Origin: Thermoanaerobaculia bacterium
Lineage (GTDB): Bacteria; Acidobacteriota; Thermoanaerobaculia; Gp7-AA8
DNA: 64,000 nucleotides
Direction of reading: 5' to 3'
Assembly: GCA_035576005.1 (NCBI GenBank)
Contig: DATLXH010000010.1
Span: 1,673-65,672, forward strand
This document shows positions 59,909-64,000 of the stretch, in pieces. Position 1 is the first letter of the stretch, and each line of letters starts with the position of its first letter. The position numbers were made by a program, and so were the translations under genes. Below the pieces are notes generated by a model. The model saw nothing but the letters and a program-made list of their open reading frames with translations. It searched no databases and was not told the DNA's origin.

Positions 59909-60673
59909 ATGCGCAACCTGATCGTCGCACTTGTGTCATCCGCTCTAGCAACCGCCGCGATGGCGGCACCCACCCGGCTGACCGTTCGTGCGATCTCGCG
60001 CGACGCCAAAGTCCTCGGCGACGGCGTCGGCGGTGCTCGAATTACCATACGTGACCTGGAAAGCGGGAAGATCCTTGCTAGTGGCATCCAGCGAGGCGGA
60101 ACCGGAGATACGAAGCGCATCATGCAGGAGCCTCGGCAGCGCGGTGCCATGATCTACGACACCGAGAACGCCGCAGCCTTTCGCACCACGTTCGAGCTGA
60201 GCCGGGTCACTCGGGTCGAAATCACAGCCGAGGGCCCACTCAAATATCCGCAGGCGATGCAGCGCGCCTCGAAAACGATGCTTCTCGTCCCCGGTCAGGA
60301 CATCACAGGCGAGGGAGTACTTCTCGAAATCGCAGGCTTCATTGTTGAAATCGAATCGACGGACCTCGTTCAGACATCAAAGCAGCCGGTGAACATTCGT
60401 TCGAAGGTGACCATGACGTGCGGCTGTCCGACGGAGCCTGGCGGGATGTGGAACGCGGATGAGATCACTGTCATCGCGCGGGCGATCCGCGGCGGGAGGG
60501 TGGCGGGTGAGACCCAGCTTCGTTACGCCGATTCGCCGAGTACGTTCGAAGGAGAACTACCCGAATTGGAGGATGGAAGGTACATGCTCGAGGTTTTTGC
60601 CAGTGACGCGAAGAGGTCGAACGTGGGCCGCGCTTCACGAGCACTCGTCGTTCAAAAGTCCACAGGACGGTAA
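59909..60673 (+). CDS. Hypothetical secreted protein
   Basis: Signal peptide MRNLIVALVSSALATAAMA. Beta-rich. No recognised domain. Confidence 0.65.
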   Translation: MRNLIVALVSSALATAAMAAPTRLTVRAISRDAKVLGDGVGGARITIRDLESGKILASGIQRGGTGDTKRIMQEPRQRGAMIYDTENAAAFRTTFELSRVTRVEITAEGPLKYPQAMQRASKTMLLVPGQDITGEGVLLEIAGFIVEIESTDLVQTSKQPVNIRSKVTMTCGCPTEPGGMWNADEITVIARAIRGGRVAGETQLRYADSPSTFEGELPELEDGRYMLEVFASDAKRSNVGRASRALVVQKSTGR

Positions 60674-60860
60674 GAGGGCGCGCGGCGCTGACGAATGCCG
60701 TCGTGTTGATCGGCATCTCGTTCTGCATCCTGTTCGAGGCTATCAGCGATTTCGAAATCCGCAGGTTGTCGAGAGCGAGGCAGTTCTTCTCGTCGCCTTT
60801 CTCGGGCTCGTCATCAACATAGTTGATTCTGCGCCGCAAATGCGCATGGACGAGCTCTGA
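60674..60860 (+). pseudogene. Remnant of a cation diffusion facilitator (CzcD-type) gene, internal TM3-TM4 piece with a frameshift
   Basis: Frame 1 reads RGRAALTNAVVLIGISFCILFEAI. It continues in another frame as FRNPQVVESEAVLLVAFLGLVINIV. Together these resemble the CDF R.E.LAAL.N..LL......EA..R...P and LV.A.LGL.VN segments. Confidence 0.45.
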
Positions 60861-60940
60861 GTGGACATCAGACTACTTCCATGTAGCGAGTTGCGTCAGG
60901 TGGTCTACGGAGGGCCCCTCTCCGGACGAGAAGGAGGCAT

Positions 60941-61348
60941 TTACTGCACGACGACCGTTCCTTTCATCATGTTCATGCCGCACATGAAGGTGACGGTTCG
61001 CGCCTGTTGCGCCGGCACGTCGAAGGTGACTGTCTGGTTCTCTGCCAGTGTCTTGCGCATGTTGAGCTCGGGGAAAACGATCTCGTCCGCACAGGACGGC
61101 TTGTTGCCGCGTCGGAAGTGAAGACGCGCCGGAGTGTTTGCGGGGATCGTGACGGAAGCGGGCGAGAACTCGCCGGAGACATCGATCGTCTGTTCGTGCG
61201 CGGCGACCTGCGGGGAGTCGGACGGTGGCGTTGACTGAGCTGTGGTCGTTGCAGCGGGCGGGGTCTGTTGAGCGGTCGATGCGGATTCCTGTTCCGCGTT
61301 GCAGGCGGACAGGGCGAGACTCAAGGTGATGGTGATGAGTGATTTCAT
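60941..61348 (-). CDS. Cupredoxin-like domain lipoprotein (Cupredoxin_1 type)
   Basis: Lipobox LALSAC. AGGAGG upstream of ATG 61346-61348. C-terminal ..LHFRRGNKPSCADEIVFPEL..VTFMCGMNMMKGTVVV. Confidence 0.8.
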   Translation of the reverse strand: MKSLITITLSLALSACNAEQESASTAQQTPPAATTTAQSTPPSDSPQVAAHEQTIDVSGEFSPASVTIPANTPARLHFRRGNKPSCADEIVFPELNMRKTLAENQTVTFDVPAQQARTVTFMCGMNMMKGTVVVQ

Positions 61349-61431
61349 GATGTTCCTCCTGATGTGTTGCATCGTCGTAGGTAGAGATTGAGTTGTTTGT
61401 CATTCTCACCATTATCGCAGTGTCGAACAGA

Positions 61432-61564
61432 GACCCTCACCCGGCGCTGGCGCGCCACCCTCTCCCGCGGGGAGAGGGGAGGACGTGCGGGGGAGAGTAG
61501 AACACGCGGGTGGGGTGGCGGTTCCCCTCTCCCCGCGGGAGAGGGGCCAGGGGTGAGGGTCCCT
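61432..61564. repeat. Inverted pair of REP units (GACCCTCACCC..CCCTCTCCCGCGGGGAGAGGG ... CCCCTCTCCCCGCGGGAGAGGGG..GGGTGAGGGTCCCT)
   Basis: Read directly. Same family as 1060-1112, 2504-2552 and 2663-2710. Confidence 0.75.
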
Positions 61565-61568
61565 GTCG

Positions 61569-64000
61569 TCATGAGGCATTCACTTCCAGAACCGCCTGAG
61601 ATGGACCCGCCGGGCCCGTAAAGCGCACGCGGATTTGCCACGTTCCACTCATGGATAATTTGCCACTCACCACAAATCGCCCAGGCTTGTCGCTCTTTTT
61701 AATCACCAGTGGTTCATTCATTTGCGACATCGATCCCATCGCCGGCATCACCGCCTCGACTGATACGTCGGTGACCATCACCGGGGTACTGGACGCCGGA
61801 TCCACGAACTCGATCTCGAACTCGTTCCGGCCCGATCGGGCGCGACCCTCCGCCGACAATCTGATCGTCAGGCCGGAGCCAGTCTCGGAGTCGAGAACCA
61901 TCCGTTCTCCACCCGAGTCACGGCGGAGCAACATCACGCCTGCAATCACAACAAACACCACTGCTACCGACGCCAGTGCGACGCCTTTCCTTCGTGTAGA
62001 ACCGGTCGGCGTATCTGGCTCGGAATCCGACAACGGCTCCTCTTGCTCGCTCACGTTCTCCACGGCTCCCAGCTCCGGACCAGCCGTCGCGACCTCTTGA
62101 TTGATCTCCCCCAGTTCCTCATTCGCGCGAAGGCCGGAAAGCTTCAGACGGCCACGCTTCAGTTCGTGACGCTTCACGATGAAGAAAATGATCGGCGTGA
62201 CGAGGAGCACATGGATCGTCGACGTGACCATTCCACCGATCAGTGGGACCGCGATCGGCTTCATCACATCGGACCCCGCTCCGGTCGCCCAGAGAAGCGG
62301 CACGAGACCAAGAACCGTCGTTGCAACGGTCATGATTTTTGGGCGCACGCGAAGGAGCGCGCCTTCAACCGTGGCATCGAAAATTTCCTGCACGGTGATC
62401 TTACCGTCGAGCATTTTCCGGTCGAGCGCCTCATGGAGATAGAGCACCATCACCACACCGGTCTGCACCGCGACGCCGTAGAGCGCGATAAAACCAACCC
62501 AGACCGCGACCGACCAGTTGAAGTCGTAGAACCACATCAGATAAACGCCGCCGATGAGCGCGAAGGGAACGGAGAGCATGACCAGCCCGGCTTCTATCGC
62601 CGAGTGCAGCGTGAAATAGAGAATGGCGAAAATGATTACGAGGACCAATGGGATGAGCAGCTGCAGCCGCTTGCGGGCGTGAGTCTGATTCTCGTACTGC
62701 CCCGACCACGCCAGTGAATATCCCGCCGGCATCGGGAGCTCGCGATCGAGCGCTGCCTTTGCCTCGTCGACGAACGAGCCCATGTCGCGTCCGCGCACGT
62801 TGAGCTGCACGAGCGAGCGGAGCTGCCCGTTTTCCGAGTTGATCATGGCCGGCCCGGGCGTCGTGCTGATGCGAGCAAGCTGGCCGAGGGGCAATTGGAT
62901 CGTCGTGCCGCCCGCTGGTGCCGGCATCGGTCCGGCGGCGGAGAGGCTCGCGGCGCCGCCGCCCATACCACCACCGCCTGCCGCCGGATCGATCGGTGTG
63001 ACCATGGCACCGCCCCCACGCGGAATGGTGATGAGAAGGCTCTGCAGTGCGGCGATGTTGTCGCGGTAGCTGGCCAGGTAGCGAACCTGCACAGGGAATC
63101 GCGCGCGTCCTTCGACGGTGGTGGTGACGTTCATGCCGCCGACGGCGGTCTCGATCGCGTCGAGCACGGCGCCGACCGGGATCCCATAGCGCGCAATGGC
63201 GGCCCGATCGGGCTCGATGTTCAGATACTGCCCTCCGGAGATTCGCTCGGTATAGAGATCAGCGGCGCCTGGGATCTTGCGAAGGATCCCCTCAGTCTTG
63301 AGACCCAGCTGCTCGAGCGTCTTCAGATCGGGACCAAAGATCTTCACACCCAGCTGCGTGCGCACTCCCGTGTTGAGCATGTCGATGCGGTTGATGATTG
63401 GCTGTGTCCAGGCGTTGGTGACGCCAGGGATCTGCAGCTTCTCATTCAGCTCCTGAATGATCTGGTCCTTGGTCATTCCTGTCGGCCATTCTTTTTTCGG
63501 CTTCAGCTCGATGATGGTCTCGAACATCGATACCGGCGCAGGATCCGTAGCTGTCTCCGCCCGGCCTACCTTGCCGAGGACGTACCTCACAGCGGGGTGC
63601 TCGGCGATGATTCCGTCCTGGATCTGGAGGAGACGCTTTGCTTCCGTAATGTTCACGCTGGGCAGAGTGATCGGCATGTAGAGCAGCGAGCCTTCGTCGA
63701 GCGGCGGCATGAACTCCTTGCCGAGGGACATCATCATCGGGATCGAGATCACCAGTGCTGCGATGTTGATGGAGAGCATCAGCTTGCGATTGCGTAGCGA
63801 CCATTTGAGAAACGGAGCGTAGATTCGCGTGAAGAAACGGTTGACGGGGTTCTCCGACTCGGTACGCATCCGGCCGCGGAGGAAGAAGGTCATCAGCACC
63901 GGAACGAGCGTGACTGCGAGAATCGATGCGCCGAGCATTGCGAAGGTTTTCGTGTAGGCCAGCGGACGGAAGAGCTTTCCTTCCTGGCCGGTCAGAAGGA
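61569..64000 (-). CDS. cusA: CusA/CzcA-family heavy-metal RND transporter (partial, N-terminus beyond window) with fused C-terminal TM + FixH/YtkA-like domain
   Basis: The frame stays open past the annotated Met to position 64000 (..GKLFRPLAYTKTFAMLGASILAVTLVPVL). The RND core ends near ..IFFIVKRHELK. Then come a linker, a TM (ALASVAVVFVVIAGVML) and an Ig-like domain with MPAMGSMSQM and MSGTWQIRV. Confidence 0.9.
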   Translation of the reverse strand, partial: LLTGQEGKLFRPLAYTKTFAMLGASILAVTLVPVLMTFFLRGRMRTESENPVNRFFTRIYAPFLKWSLRNRKLMLSINIAALVISIPMMMSLGKEFMPPLDEGSLLYMPITLPSVNITEAKRLLQIQDGIIAEHPAVRYVLGKVGRAETATDPAPVSMFETIIELKPKKEWPTGMTKDQIIQELNEKLQIPGVTNAWTQPIINRIDMLNTGVRTQLGVKIFGPDLKTLEQLGLKTEGILRKIPGAADLYTERISGGQYLNIEPDRAAIARYGIPVGAVLDAIETAVGGMNVTTTVEGRARFPVQVRYLASYRDNIAALQSLLITIPRGGGAMVTPIDPAAGGGGMGGGAASLSAAGPMPAPAGGTTIQLPLGQLARISTTPGPAMINSENGQLRSLVQLNVRGRDMGSFVDEAKAALDRELPMPAGYSLAWSGQYENQTHARKRLQLLIPLVLVIIFAILYFTLHSAIEAGLVMLSVPFALIGGVYLMWFYDFNWSVAVWVGFIALYGVAVQTGVVMVLYLHEALDRKMLDGKITVQEIFDATVEGALLRVRPKIMTVATTVLGLVPLLWATGAGSDVMKPIAVPLIGGMVTSTIHVLLVTPIIFFIVKRHELKRGRLKLSGLRANEELGEINQEVATAGPELGAVENVSEQEEPLSDSEPDTPTGSTRRKGVALASVAVVFVVIAGVMLLRRDSGGERMVLDSETGSGLTIRLSAEGRARSGRNEFEIEFVDPASSTPVMVTDVSVEAVMPAMGSMSQMNEPLVIKKSDKPGRFVVSGKLSMSGTWQIRVRFTGPAGPSQAVLEVNAS

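Overview
High-GC (roughly 60%) bacterial chromosomal segment. The gene content and repeat style suggest a soil Acidobacteriota-like organism, but that is inference only. I count about 60 protein-coding genes. I found no rRNA, tRNA, CRISPR array, transposase or integrase.

Left part (1-29 kb), mostly housekeeping and signalling genes:
- partial Ser/Thr kinase
- AlkD-like DNA alkylation repair gene with an apparent frameshift
- RelE/RHH toxin-antitoxin pair
- a 775-aa PIF1/RecD-like SF1B helicase fused to a divergent EEP nuclease-like domain
- serine hydrolase
- secreted MBL-Ig-lamin-tail protein
- S9 peptidase
- a dense phosphorelay operon (REC-Hpt-REC / REC-GGDEF-Hpt / CHASE3 hybrid kinase with 2 REC + Hpt)
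- two PAS histidine kinases
- TerC
- BNR/sialidase-fold protein

Right part (29-64 kb), a mosaic metal/sulfur stress island:
- a copper module: small Cys/His/Met protein, Met/His-repeat lipoprotein with a C-terminal CPMHPE metal-binding domain, orphan TolC-like OMP, Tat multicopper oxidase, anchored cytochrome c, small OB-like protein, DUF326 four-helix-bundle Cu protein
- CopA P1B-ATPase with 2 TRASH + 2 CPMHPE domains
- DUF305 lipoprotein
- M16 peptidase pair
- a His-rich small protein followed by CzcCBA
- YqaA-HupE/UreJ-anchor-EF-hand genes
- a BigR/Blh-like persulfide detoxification cluster (ArsR, MBL-rhodanese, rhodanese-DUF2892, TauE)
- a cupredoxin
- a partial CusA-type RND pump with a fused FixH/YtkA-like C-terminal domain

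Several non-coding repeat families punctuate the window:
- a hairpin-type MITE: one full 178-bp copy, one degenerate copy, two half copies, a TIR-TIR palindrome and a solo TIR. It truncates ynfA and replaces the 3' end of tauE.
- a REPIN-like doublet of the 27-nt palindrome GTGGCCGGACATTCCAATGTCCGGCGG (2 loci)
- a ~190-bp mosaic of CCCTCTCCCC/GGGGAGAGGG hairpin modules (5 loci, with module shuffling)
- shorter REP units ending in GAGGGTCCCT

Two apparent frameshifts split otherwise intact domain series (AlkD-like gene, REC/GGDEF pair), and a third lies inside a CzcD-type gene remnant.

All calls rest on reading the translations and the DNA by eye. No database search was run.
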